Assembly: GCA_040901965.1 (NCBI GenBank)
Contig: JBBDYB010000005.1
Span: 31,345-95,344, forward strand
Reading direction: 5' to 3'
Source of the DNA: Gemmatimonadales bacterium
GTDB taxonomy: Bacteria > Gemmatimonadota > Gemmatimonadetes > Gemmatimonadales > GWC2-71-9
DNA: 64,000 nt
The notes below the pieces were generated by a model. That model ran no database searches. It was not told the origin of the DNA and was given only the letters and a program-made list of their open reading frames with translations. Shown here piece after piece: positions 22,101-30,848 of this stretch; positions within the stretch are counted from its first letter, which is position 1, and each line of letters begins with the position of its first letter. Made by a program: the position numbers and the translations under genes.

Positions 22101-22280
22101 GCGGGCTCAATTAGCCGCCGTCCCCTCGGCTATGCGATCGTGGGCGGGATTCTGTTTTCGACGGTGCTGACGTTGTTCCTCGTTCCCGTCGCGTATGTGA
22201 CGTTCGACGGGCTGCGCGAGCGTGTACAGACGTGGCGAACCCGGCGGCGGCTCGTCCCGGGCCAAGCGGAGGGCGATTGA
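19197..22280 (+). CDS. RND efflux transporter permease (AcrB/HAE family)
   Basis: 1027 aa. N-terminus 'SIRRPVLASMMSAALVLFG', with 12-TM topology and large periplasmic loops typical of AcrB-like pumps. Confidence 0.92.
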   Translation: MKLSDISIRRPVLASMMSAALVLFGVIGYRLLSVREFPDIDPPVVSVTTVLPGANPRVVESAVTDILEEELSTIPGLRTLTSSSAEQVSSITLEFHLSRKVEEAAQDVRDKVSRARGRLPEDIQEPVVAKQEADAFPFYWLALRAQNYDLLQLSDIGDRVVKTRLQSLPGVGQALIFGERRFSMRVWLSSAQLSARGLTVQDVESAIRARNVEIPAGRIESVRREFTVRSLGELKTPQEFGELTVANQNGRLVKLKDLARVELGAEDERSVLRYKGVPAVAVGVVRQSKANLIEVADAIRGELPAIQRDLPPGVELISAFDQSVFVTRSIEEAQETLVIAAILVILIIFVFLRNIRATIIPGLAIPASIVTTFAVMYFLGFSINNLTLLALILAIGIVVDDAIIVLENAYRHQEELGEDPETAAINGTREIAFAVIATTISLVAVFTPLAFLQGNTGRLFNEFGIAVAGAVVISGFVALTLTPMLSAKILRVPKQHGRVFKTLERGFEALASRYGRGLRGALGQRMIVFFVALVTIRLAVSLFQHQLKREFIPAEDRGYFITFVIAPEGASLQYTDEYQRRVEEIIGRTKDVEGYFSIIGFRGVNFGVIFTRLTDWSERSRGVQAVIDEVQPQFFMIPGIFAFAQNPPAIGGGFSGQVQFVVQNPDFDKLQAALGAFYGRVGQITGLTNLQIDLKVNKPELTVRFDRDRAEDLGVPVRDVAGALQTLLGGRRVSTFTRNNKLYDVIARLNPEERATPSDMTGIYLRGKDGQLVQLSAIASVDEGVGPQSLLHYNRVRSFTLSGSVVPPFTLGDAADSLQAAAAQVLPPGSTTALAGELREFAESGSALLFVFVLAIVIVFMVLASQFESLLHPLTVLLAVPLAVTGALLLLWIAGSTINLYSQIGMILLVGLVTKNSILLVEYANQLKERGLSTVDAMLESGRIRLRPILMTSVCTVMGAVPIMLGLGAGSISRRPLGYAIVGGILFSTVLTLFLVPVAYVTFDGLRERVQTWRTRRRLVPGQAEGD

Positions 22281-23563
22281 TGTTGGCGTTGTGGCTCGCC
22301 CTTCAGGGCGTAGTGTCTCCGCACGCCACCGACACGCTGCCGCGCGTGACATTGACGGAAGCGTTGCAGCGGTCGGCGCGGCTCGACCCCAATTATGTGG
22401 CGGCGCTCGGGCAGGTGGACAACGCCGTCTGGGCGCGCCGCAATGCCTTCGCGGTCTTCGTGCTCCCGTCGGTTACGCTGGCGTTGAACATGCAGAGCTC
22501 CAACCCACCCGGGTTTTCAGTGACCGGAGGGTTCAAGACCGTTTGGATCGGTCAGATCAACGCACGCTATGACCTGTTCACGGGGGGCCAGAAGCTCGCC
22601 GAGCTGACCCGCTCGGCGGCTGCGCTGGACGGCGCGCATGCCGGGGAGCTCGCGCAGCGGTTCGCCACGGCGCTGCTGACGGAGTCCGATTACTACGCGG
22701 TGCTCGCCGGCAACGAGCTCGACCGCGTGGCGCGCGACCGCCTGCGCCGCGCGGAGCAGCAGCTCGCGATTGCGCGGGCACGCGTCATTTCAGGGGCGGC
22801 GGTCTCCACGGACTCGCTGAACCTGCGGCTCGAGTTTACGCGCGCGCAGGTGGGAGCGCTCGAGCAGGCCTCGACGTTGCGCCTGGCGCGGCTCGAGCTG
22901 GGCCGGCGGGTGGGGCTCGATGGACCCGCCGACGCCGCGCCGCTCGACACCGTGCCCGCGCCCGAGCTGCCGCTGCCGCTGGCGGAGGCGATTTCGCAAG
23001 CGGCCGTCCAAGGCCCGCAGTACCGGATTGCCGCCGCGAATGAGCGCGCCGCCCGCGCGTCCTATCGCTCTCAGCGGGGCGCGTACCTGCCGCGTGCAAC
23101 GCTGACGTTCGGAGCCACGGCGTTCGACACGGTCTTCTTTCCGAACCTCTTTAAGCAGACAACGTTTGGGCTCAGTGTCTCCTTGCCGCTGTGGGACAAC
23201 GGGCAGCGCGAGCTCGCGCTCTCGCGGGCGCGGGTCGCCCGCGACGTCGCGCACGCCGTCCGCGAGGACATGGACCGGGGCCTACAGCACGACGTGACGG
23301 CCGCGTACGATGCGTATGTGGTGGCCCGCGCCACCACGGCCCTGGCCGTCGAAGGCGTGGTGGTCGCGCGCGAGAGCTTCCGGGTGCAGCAGAACCGTTA
23401 TTCCGCGGGCGCCACGACGATCCTCGACTTGCTCGAAGCGCAGGTGAATCTTTCAGCAGCCGAGGCCGCGCTGGTGCAGGCCCGTTACGGAACCCGGCTG
23501 GCGTTGGCCGGTCTCGAAGCGATCCTCGGCCGCCGACTCTTTACCGACAAGGGAACACCGTAA
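22280..23563 (+). CDS. outer membrane efflux protein (TolC family)
   Basis: ATG 22280 overlaps the RND stop (TGATG). Motifs 'LTLTEALQRS', 'LEAQVNLSAAEAALVQARY' and two repeated halves are typical of OMF proteins. Confidence 0.85.
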   Translation: MLALWLALQGVVSPHATDTLPRVTLTEALQRSARLDPNYVAALGQVDNAVWARRNAFAVFVLPSVTLALNMQSSNPPGFSVTGGFKTVWIGQINARYDLFTGGQKLAELTRSAAALDGAHAGELAQRFATALLTESDYYAVLAGNELDRVARDRLRRAEQQLAIARARVISGAAVSTDSLNLRLEFTRAQVGALEQASTLRLARLELGRRVGLDGPADAAPLDTVPAPELPLPLAEAISQAAVQGPQYRIAAANERAARASYRSQRGAYLPRATLTFGATAFDTVFFPNLFKQTTFGLSVSLPLWDNGQRELALSRARVARDVAHAVREDMDRGLQHDVTAAYDAYVVARATTALAVEGVVVARESFRVQQNRYSAGATTILDLLEAQVNLSAAEAALVQARYGTRLALAGLEAILGRRLFTDKGTP

Positions 23564-24666
23564 TGTCCGCTCGATTCGTTGGTCTCCTGCTCCTGCTGGC
23601 GGCGTGCAACAAAGCCAAGTCCGCCGCCCCCGGCGGCGGTGGTCCGCCGCCGATGCCGGTCGAGGTCGCTGTCGCGCTGCGTGACACCGTCGTCGATGCC
23701 ATCGCCGCCACGGGCCAGATCGAGGCGGTCCAGTCGATCGAGCTCCGGCCCGAAGTGGAAGGCCGGATCGTCCAGATCCTGGTGCGCGAAGGTGAAGAAG
23801 TCGCCCGCGGGAGGCCGCTCTTCAAAGTGGATGACGCGGAGCTCAAGGCGCAGGTCGCCCGCGCCGAGGCCGATCGCGATCTCGCGCGCCGGGCCCTCGA
23901 GCGGACGAAGTCGTTGATGGCGCAGAACGCGTCGTCGGCTGCCGATCTCGAGCGTGCCGATGCGACGGCGCGCAGCGCCGAAGCGGCATACGATCTGTTG
24001 CAGATCCGGCTCGAGCGCAGCGTGGTGCGGGCGCCGTTCGGCGGCGTGACCGGCCACCGTCTCGTCAGCCTGGGTGAGTCCGTGAACTCGCAGACGCGTC
24101 TCATCTCCCTGCAAACGGTGAATCCGCAATATGCGGCGTTTCACGTGCCCGAGCGCTACGCCGAACGGCTGCGCCGCGGTCAGCTCGTGAGCTTCCAGGT
24201 CGCCGCGCTGCCGGGCCGCAACTTCTCGGGTGAGGTAGTATTCGTGGATCCCGTCGTCCAGCTGCCGGCCCGCACCATCCTCATCAAGGCGCGGGTTCCG
24301 AACCCGGAGCGCCAGCTATCGGCGGGGATGTTCATCGAAGCGCGCTTGGCGACCGACATCCGCACCAACGCCATCGTCGTGCCGGAGGACGCGGTGCTGC
24401 CCCTGCAAGGCTCCACGTTCGTCTGGGTGGTGAAGGACGGGAAGGCCGACCGCCGCCAGGTGACGCTGGGCGTGCGCACGCCCGGGTGGGCGGAGATCCA
24501 GGGTGGGGCCGTCGAACCCGGCGACCAGGTCGTGGTCGGCGGGATCGAGCGGCTGTTCCCGGGCGCGCCGGTGATGGCGCAGGTCGTCGAGCGCCGCCGC
24601 GGCGCCCCCACGGGAGCGGAGTCCACCGGCGCCGCCCCGCAGCAGGCGGCAGACAGCGCGCGCTAG
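23563..24666 (+). CDS. efflux RND periplasmic adaptor (MFP/HlyD family) lipoprotein
   Basis: ATG overlaps the TolC stop (TAATG). Lipobox 'LLLAAC'. Motifs 'GQIEAVQSIELRPEVEGRI', 'VRAPFGGVTG'. Confidence 0.88.
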   Translation: MSARFVGLLLLLAACNKAKSAAPGGGGPPPMPVEVAVALRDTVVDAIAATGQIEAVQSIELRPEVEGRIVQILVREGEEVARGRPLFKVDDAELKAQVARAEADRDLARRALERTKSLMAQNASSAADLERADATARSAEAAYDLLQIRLERSVVRAPFGGVTGHRLVSLGESVNSQTRLISLQTVNPQYAAFHVPERYAERLRRGQLVSFQVAALPGRNFSGEVVFVDPVVQLPARTILIKARVPNPERQLSAGMFIEARLATDIRTNAIVVPEDAVLPLQGSTFVWVVKDGKADRRQVTLGVRTPGWAEIQGGAVEPGDQVVVGGIERLFPGAPVMAQVVERRRGAPTGAESTGAAPQQAADSAR

Positions 24667-27059
24667 TTGCCGGGCTGCTCCGGCAGCGGCTGGAACATGG
24701 TCTGCGTGTTCCGGAAGATCGCTTGCGCGATCTGCTGGGCCCGCGCGGCCAGCGTCGGTTGCGGGGCCTGGAGCTCCTGCGCCATCGCGTAGTAGGTCAG
24801 CCCGTACAGCGACAGGATCCCTTCCGAGGGCCTATCCACCCAGCCGCGCGGCCGCGGCCGGGCCGCGGCATCGGCGTGATAGACCTCGAACAGCAGTCGC
24901 GTGGTGCGCGGAACGTTGACGTAGCCCAGCGACTGCATCGCCTTGATGCTGTCCGACTGCTGCAGCTCTGTTTCCCGTAGTGCCCGCGCGAAGCCGTGGC
25001 CCTCGAGCCGTGACGTCAGCCCGAACTGATCCCCGTAGAGACCGATGGTGCGCGAGAAGTAGATCGGGCGCTTGCCGAGCTGGTCCTTGATCACCTGGAG
25101 CACCACGACGTCGGCGCGCTCGATGTAGGGACGCCCCATCATCTGCGGATCGAGCGTGACCTCGATCGCGCCCAGGCGCGCGACGCGCTTCTGATCGATG
25201 ATGTAGTACTGCTCGAGCAGGGCGAGCTGCTCGTCGGTGAAGCTCATCAGCCGCCCCGTCGGCATCGGCCACTGCCGGCCCCGGTAGATGGCCGGCGCGT
25301 TGAGCGAGTCGAACGGCTCGACCGGGCGCCGCTGCAGCTGCCGCACATACCAATCGGTATTGGCGAGCGACAGGTTGACCACCGTGACGTCGCGCCGGAC
25401 GGCTTCGACCTCCTGGATGTACCAGAGCGGGAACGTATCGTTGTCTCCCGCCGTCACGAGCACGCCGTACGGCTCCACCGATTGCAGCAGATCGTAGGCG
25501 AAGTCGCGGGCCAGCGTCTCGCCTTTGCGCGACGCCGTCAGGTGGTTACCGAACAGCGGAATCAGGGCGACGGCGAGCACGGGCGTCGCGTACAGCCAGC
25601 GGCGCGTCTCGTCGGGTTGGCGCTCGCGGAACCAGCCGGTCACCCCCTCCATCAGGGCCGCCAGCCCCATCCCCACCCAGATGCCCCAGATCGCAAACGA
25701 GCACATGAAGAAGTAGTCGCGCTCGCGCACCTCGTGTTGGAGGCCGGGCTGGTTGTAGGGCTGTGAGAAACCCCACTTGAAGTTCAGGTAGAAGATGAGG
25801 GCGAACGTGAACGTGAAGACGAGCAGCGACATCGCCAGCGCGGTGCGCTTATCGGCGCGCCAGTGCCGCCAGGCGCCGATGCCGCCGACGAACAGGAACA
25901 GCACCGCGAGCAGCCGCTGGATCCGAGCCGGGAAATCGTGGCCGAATTGCCAGCTGAAGTACTGCCAGTAGTTCTGGATCTGCTGCCAGAACAACACGAG
26001 GGTGTGGCCCGGGTTCGTGGCGCCCGGCGGATGCATCGGATTGTCGAAGATGGACGGCTTGCCGTACTGCTGGCGCGTCAGCACCGCCCACAGCGCCTCC
26101 CAGGTTGTGGGCTCGCCCTCGTTGATCGGCGGGTAGAAGGCCGCGCGGATCGGGAGGTACGTGTACACCGACAGCCCGATCGCGGCGACCACCAGCGCCG
26201 TGACCGCGAACGACCAGTTGCCGGCGTAGACGGCCGCGAACAGCAGAGCACCCAGGAATAGCAGGCCCGCCAGCACGACGGGCGTCATGCTCTCGAGCCC
26301 GAGGGTGAACACCACCAGCCAGACCGTCGAGAACACGAGGAACTGCGACCACTCGATCCTCCGCCCCTCTTCCGTCGCCGCCCGCTGCTTCTTGAGCGGC
26401 GGGAACAGCAGCACCATCACGACGGGGCCCACCAGCACGCCCATCATGTGGTTGGTGGCGGTGAGGGCGAGCAGATACACGATCAGGAGCAGATGGTGAT
26501 CGTGGGCCTCCCCGGCGGGCTGGTCGTCCCAGCGCACGATGAGCCAGAGGATCAGCGCGATGGAGAGCAGGCTCAGCGTGTACACCTTCTCGTTCACGAC
26601 CGACTGGTTCCATACCGTAAACGACGTGGTCGCGACGATCGCGCCGGCGAGCGCGGCGAGACGCCGCGGCCACGTGGCGGGTACGATCGACCGCAGCCAC
26701 CGCTCGCCGATCAGGAACCAGCACCCCGCCGACACGGCGCTCGTCGCCGCGGCGAACAGATTGATCCGCTGCGCGTAATTCTCGACCCAGGGGATCATTC
26801 CCCAGACGTGGGCGATGAGAACGAACAGCGGGTTCCCCGGCGGATGGGGGATGCCGAGCGTATACGCCGCGGCGATGTACTCCGACGTGTCCCAGAACTG
26901 GGTCGTCGGCGCGAGCGTCAGGATGTAGAGGAGCAGGGCGCCGGCGGCCAGGCAGGCCGCCATCAGATACGGCGGGTTAACGGCGGATGGAGGCGCCGCG
27001 GGTGCAGACCCGAGCCGCCGATCAGCGGGCGTAGCGCGATTGGGTACGGTGGTCGTCAT
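24663..27059 (-). CDS. DUF2723-family polytopic membrane protein (GT-C-like glycosyltransferase)
   Basis: 'APTTQFWDTSEYIAAAYTLGIPHPPGNPLF' is the hallmark N-terminal motif of DUF2723. It has many TM helices and a soluble C-terminal domain. Confidence 0.8.
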   Translation of the reverse strand: MTTTVPNRATPADRRLGSAPAAPPSAVNPPYLMAACLAAGALLLYILTLAPTTQFWDTSEYIAAAYTLGIPHPPGNPLFVLIAHVWGMIPWVENYAQRINLFAAATSAVSAGCWFLIGERWLRSIVPATWPRRLAALAGAIVATTSFTVWNQSVVNEKVYTLSLLSIALILWLIVRWDDQPAGEAHDHHLLLIVYLLALTATNHMMGVLVGPVVMVLLFPPLKKQRAATEEGRRIEWSQFLVFSTVWLVVFTLGLESMTPVVLAGLLFLGALLFAAVYAGNWSFAVTALVVAAIGLSVYTYLPIRAAFYPPINEGEPTTWEALWAVLTRQQYGKPSIFDNPMHPPGATNPGHTLVLFWQQIQNYWQYFSWQFGHDFPARIQRLLAVLFLFVGGIGAWRHWRADKRTALAMSLLVFTFTFALIFYLNFKWGFSQPYNQPGLQHEVRERDYFFMCSFAIWGIWVGMGLAALMEGVTGWFRERQPDETRRWLYATPVLAVALIPLFGNHLTASRKGETLARDFAYDLLQSVEPYGVLVTAGDNDTFPLWYIQEVEAVRRDVTVVNLSLANTDWYVRQLQRRPVEPFDSLNAPAIYRGRQWPMPTGRLMSFTDEQLALLEQYYIIDQKRVARLGAIEVTLDPQMMGRPYIERADVVVLQVIKDQLGKRPIYFSRTIGLYGDQFGLTSRLEGHGFARALRETELQQSDSIKAMQSLGYVNVPRTTRLLFEVYHADAAARPRPRGWVDRPSEGILSLYGLTYYAMAQELQAPQPTLAARAQQIAQAIFRNTQTMFQPLPEQPGN

Positions 27060-27072
27060 AGCGCCGTGTAAT

Positions 27073-28620
27073 CTAGTGCCTGAATTGCCGCATACCGGTC
27101 AGGATCATGGCAAGGCCGTGCTCGTCGGCCGCCGCGATGACCTCGCCGTCCTTGACCGACCCGCCCGGTTGAATGATCGCGGCGATGCCGGCCGCCGCCG
27201 CTTCGTCCACCCCGTCCCGGAAAGGGAAGAAGGCGTCGCTCGCCAGCACCGCGCCCTTGGGATTGTGGCCCTGCTGGCGCGCCTTGTGGACGGCGAGGAA
27301 CGAGGCGTCCACCCGGCTCATCTGACCCGCGCCGATCCCGATCGCCGCTTCCTCCCGGGCGACGAGGATCGCGTTCGACTTGACCGATCCGACCGCCGCC
27401 CAGGCGAACCGCAGGTCGTTCCATTCCGCATCCGTGGGCCGTCGGGACGTGACGACCTGCCACTTGGACTCGTCTGCTACCCCGCTTCCCCAAAAACGGA
27501 ATCGGTCCTGAACGAGGAAGCCGCCGCGCACGCGCTTGAAGTCCATGGTCGGGGGGGGCTCGTCCGCGAAGCGCGGCAGCTCCACGACACGCAGATTCTT
27601 CTTTTCCTGGAACACGGTGAGCGCGTCGGCGTCCACGCGCGGCGCGACTACGACCTCGATGAAGAGCTCGCGCATCGCCTCGGCGGCGGTCCGGTCCACC
27701 ACCGTGTTGAACGCGACGACCGACCCGAACGCCGAGGTCCGGTCGGTGGCGAGGGCGCGCGTGTAGGCATCGGCGGCATTGCGGCCGAGGGCGATGCCGC
27801 AGGGCGTCGTGTGCTTGATGATGACGCAGGCGGGGCGGCCCTCTTTCCCCCACGGCGCCACCGCCATCACCGCGGCATCCACGTCGAGCAGATTGTTGAA
27901 CGACAGCTCTTTCCCGTGCAGCTGATGCAGGTCGCCGATACCGCGCTCATTGGTCGCGTACAGCGCGGCGCGCTGATGGGGGTTTTCGCCGTAGCGCAGC
28001 GCCTGCTGGCGTTCGAGCACCAGGCTGAGCGTGGGCGGCAGCGCTTCCTGGGAGCGCGACAGGTAGCCCAGAATCGCCGCGTCGTATGCGGCGGTATGGG
28101 CGAACACCTTGGCCGCGAGCGCCTGCCGCTCGTTGGCCGCGACGCCGCCGCTCTGCAGCCGTTTGATGATGGACGGGTAGTCGTCCGGGTCGACGATGAC
28201 GATGACGGAGGCGTGATTCTTCGCGGCGGAGCGCAGTATTGACGGGCCGCCGATGTCGATCTGCTCGATCGCCTGGGCGAACGTCGTCTCCGGCTTCGCC
28301 ACCGTCTCGCGGAACGGGTAGAGGTTCACCGCCACGAGATCGATCGGCGTGATGCCGTGCCGCTTCATCGCGTCGATGTCACCGGGATGATCCCGCCGCC
28401 CGAGCAGGCCGCCGTGGACTTTGGGATGCAACGTCTTCACCCGTCCATCCATCATCTCAGGGAACCCCGTGACCTGCTCGATCGGCACGACGGGCACGCC
28501 CTCGCGCCGCAGCGCCTCGGCGGTCCCGCCTGTGGAGACGATCTCCCAACCGAGCCCGACCAGCTCTCGCGCGAAGTCCACCAGGCCGCGTTTGTCGGAA
28601 ACCGAGAGTAATGCCCTCAT
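27073..28620 (-). CDS. purH: bifunctional AICAR transformylase / IMP cyclohydrolase
   Basis: '[21 protein letters not shown]...STGGTA', '[13 protein letters not shown]', '[10 protein letters not shown]'. The start is taken at ATG 28620. TTG 28638 is an alternative. Confidence 0.93.
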   Translation of the reverse strand: MRALLSVSDKRGLVDFARELVGLGWEIVSTGGTAEALRREGVPVVPIEQVTGFPEMMDGRVKTLHPKVHGGLLGRRDHPGDIDAMKRHGITPIDLVAVNLYPFRETVAKPETTFAQAIEQIDIGGPSILRSAAKNHASVIVIVDPDDYPSIIKRLQSGGVAANERQALAAKVFAHTAAYDAAILGYLSRSQEALPPTLSLVLERQQALRYGENPHQRAALYATNERGIGDLHQLHGKELSFNNLLDVDAAVMAVAPWGKEGRPACVIIKHTTPCGIALGRNAADAYTRALATDRTSAFGSVVAFNTVVDRTAAEAMRELFIEVVVAPRVDADALTVFQEKKNLRVVELPRFADEPPPTMDFKRVRGGFLVQDRFRFWGSGVADESKWQVVTSRRPTDAEWNDLRFAWAAVGSVKSNAILVAREEAAIGIGAGQMSRVDASFLAVHKARQQGHNPKGAVLASDAFFPFRDGVDEAAAAGIAAIIQPGGSVKDGEVIAAADEHGLAMILTGMRQFRH

Positions 28621-28622
28621 AG

Positions 28623-28671
28623 GGCGGTCAAGAAACAACGGCGGCGGTCAAGAGGCAAATGCGGCGGTCAA
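28623..28671 (-). repeat. three direct copies of TTGACCGCC at exactly 20-nt phasing in the purN-purH spacer
   Basis: On the plus strand GGCGGTCAA starts at 28623, 28643 and 28663. On the minus strand this reads TTGACCGCCGC...TTGACCGCCGC...TTGACCGCCCT, directly before the purH ATG. Confidence 0.7.
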
Positions 28672-28674
28672 CGT

Positions 28675-29247
28675 TCATCCAATCCTCCGGGCAAGTTCCA
28701 ACACCACCCGCGGCAGCAGTCGATGCTCCACGTCCAAAACGCGTGCCGCGAGCGTGTCGGGCGTGTCCCCAGGGTCGATCCGCACCTTCTCCTGTGCAAT
28801 GATGTCGCCGCGGTCGAACGCTTCATCCACGTAGTGCACGGTCGCCCCCGATTCCTTGGCGCCGCTCGCCAGCACCGCCTCGTGCACGCGCTTGCCGTAC
28901 ATCCCGGGGCCGCCGAAGTCGGGCAGCAGGGCGGGATGGATGTTGATCATGCGGCGGCGAAAGCGCGCGACGACCGCCGGCGGCACGAGCTTCAGGTAGC
29001 CCGCCAGCACCGCGAGGTCGTGGCCTTCGAGGGCGGCGAGCAGCTCGTCCGGGTCGGTGGGGTCCCGCAGCACCGTCGTGGGGACGCCGGCACGGCGCGC
29101 GCGATCCAGCGCACCGGCGCCCGGCCGGCTCGAGATCACGCGCGCAACGCGCGCGAGCGGTGAATCGTGGAGGGCATCGAGGAGGGCTTGCAGGTTCGTG
29201 CCGCCGCCCGACACGAGCACGGCGACACGAACCGGCCGATCCGTCAC
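28675..29247 (-). CDS. purN: phosphoribosylglycinamide formyltransferase
   Basis: 'VAVLVSGGGTNLQAL', 'INIHPALLPDFGG', 'GATVHYVDEAFDRGDII'. Confidence 0.92.
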   Translation of the reverse strand: MTDRPVRVAVLVSGGGTNLQALLDALHDSPLARVARVISSRPGAGALDRARRAGVPTTVLRDPTDPDELLAALEGHDLAVLAGYLKLVPPAVVARFRRRMINIHPALLPDFGGPGMYGKRVHEAVLASGAKESGATVHYVDEAFDRGDIIAQEKVRIDPGDTPDTLAARVLDVEHRLLPRVVLELARRIG

Positions 29248-30797
29248 TGACTCCGGCTACAGCGCGCGACCGATTTGGGCTTCGAGCCGCTGGTGACGCT
29301 CAGCGTGAACGCTCCCGTCGCATACTTGTCGGCCGTGTTCACGACGATCTCGTATTCGGCATTTTGCGGGAACGTCGCCGTGAGACGGGCGTGGCAGCTG
29401 CCGCCCGAGTCGTCGTCCTGGAAGTCGCGGCCGCCGGAGACGCCGGGGCCCCGGAGGAACAGGTACGCGTCGAACGCCTCCGATTCGAGATCGATCGTCA
29501 CCGTCTGGCCGGCGCGGCCCTGGATGTTCCACGCCTGTGCATACGTGCTGTCGCTCGACAGCAGTACGTCGTTGCGGCTGAGCGTGCCCTGCTGCGTCTG
29601 CCCGATGGAGATCGCGTGCGCAGTCGCCGCTCCGCCGCTCGGCAGGCCGCTCTCGGCGCCGCCCGCGGCGGCCTGAGGTGGCTGACAGTCCTGATTGCCG
29701 CGCTCCTGCACCGGCTTCGACCCGCGCGTGATCGACAGCGTGAAGCGGCCCGTCTGGCGCTCCGGCGAAGCGGTCGTGTTGACCAGAATCCGATACGGCC
29801 CGCGGCCCGGGAAGGCGCGTGATACCCGCGCTGAGCAGCCGGGCCCGCCGTCGTCGTTGATCACGGACGCGTCGAGGTCGTCGCCGCGAATGATGAGCAT
29901 CGGATCGAACTCGTCGGACGCGAGGTCGATCGTGATCGGCCGCCCCGGCGTTGCGGTGAACACGTAGTTCTGGTAGTAGGTCGTGTCGGGATACAGGGAG
30001 TCGCTGCTCGTCAGCGTCCCGGTGACGATCTGCCCCAAGGCGATCTGCGGGAATGCCGCCGATACCGCGCTCCCCGGTCGGGCGCGGCCGGTCGGGGTGC
30101 CGGCGCCGGCGAGATCGCCCGCCTTGGGCGCGAGCAGCGACTGGGCCTCCGCCATGGCCGTCGGGTCGTTGTTGAGATTGCGGATGGCGTCCGTGGCCGT
30201 CGCAAAGTTCAGGGCCTGGCCGGTCTCGATGGTGCTCCGCACGATGCCGATCACCTGGCCGCGCGCGTTGAGCACCGGACCGCCGCTCGAGCCGTGCGAG
30301 ATCGGCGCCGAGATCTGGAGCAGCTTGGTCCCCTCGATGACGCGGGTGGCGGACACGATCCCCTTCGAGATGGTCCCCGGGAGTTGACCCAGCGGATTGC
30401 TGATGACGGTGACCTCATCCCCGTCCCGCGCGGTCTCGCTCGATCCCCAGCGCAGGGTGGCGGGCGGGGTGCCCGGCACCATGAGCATCGCGACGTCCTT
30501 GGCCGTGTCCGACGCCGCCACCGAGCACCGCAGCTTCTGACCGTCGGAGAGCTCGATGCTGCAACCGGTCGCGCCCACGAGCACGTGGGCGGCCGTCAGC
30601 ACGTAGCCTTCGGTGACGAAGAAGCCGGTCCCGCTCGCGACCGGCCTGCCGGTCGGACCGAGGGCGTGGATCGTCACGACGGCCTTCCGGGCCGCGGCGA
30701 GGTCGATTCCCACTGCGGGTCGGGGTTGCTGGGAAGCCAGGACGGTGGGGAATGGGAGCAGGGCGGCGAGGGCGAAGCGGAGGTAGCGAGCGCGCAC
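29244..30797 (-). CDS. secreted trypsin-like serine protease (S1/HtrA-like core) with two tandem pre-peptidase C-terminal-like domains
   Basis: It has a signal peptide. Catalytic motifs 'LTAAHVL', 'KDVAML', 'HGSSGGPVLN'. Two ~110-aa repeats both end in 'G.FTLS(I/V)T.GSKP'. Confidence 0.8.
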   Translation of the reverse strand: MRARYLRFALAALLPFPTVLASQQPRPAVGIDLAAARKAVVTIHALGPTGRPVASGTGFFVTEGYVLTAAHVLVGATGCSIELSDGQKLRCSVAASDTAKDVAMLMVPGTPPATLRWGSSETARDGDEVTVISNPLGQLPGTISKGIVSATRVIEGTKLLQISAPISHGSSGGPVLNARGQVIGIVRSTIETGQALNFATATDAIRNLNNDPTAMAEAQSLLAPKAGDLAGAGTPTGRARPGSAVSAAFPQIALGQIVTGTLTSSDSLYPDTTYYQNYVFTATPGRPITIDLASDEFDPMLIIRGDDLDASVINDDGGPGCSARVSRAFPGRGPYRILVNTTASPERQTGRFTLSITRGSKPVQERGNQDCQPPQAAAGGAESGLPSGGAATAHAISIGQTQQGTLSRNDVLLSSDSTYAQAWNIQGRAGQTVTIDLESEAFDAYLFLRGPGVSGGRDFQDDDSGGSCHARLTATFPQNAEYEIVVNTADKYATGAFTLSVTSGSKPKSVARCSRSQ

Positions 30798-30848
30798 AGG
30801 AGCTCCTAGGTAGGGCTGGGTTGACCGCTAATCTGCAGCACGAGTGGA

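Noticed and set aside
24663-24666. Overlapping convergent stop codons sharing CTAG (the MFP gene and the DUF2723 gene).
   Set aside because: It is real but trivial. It follows from compact gene packing, and no further structure is present.
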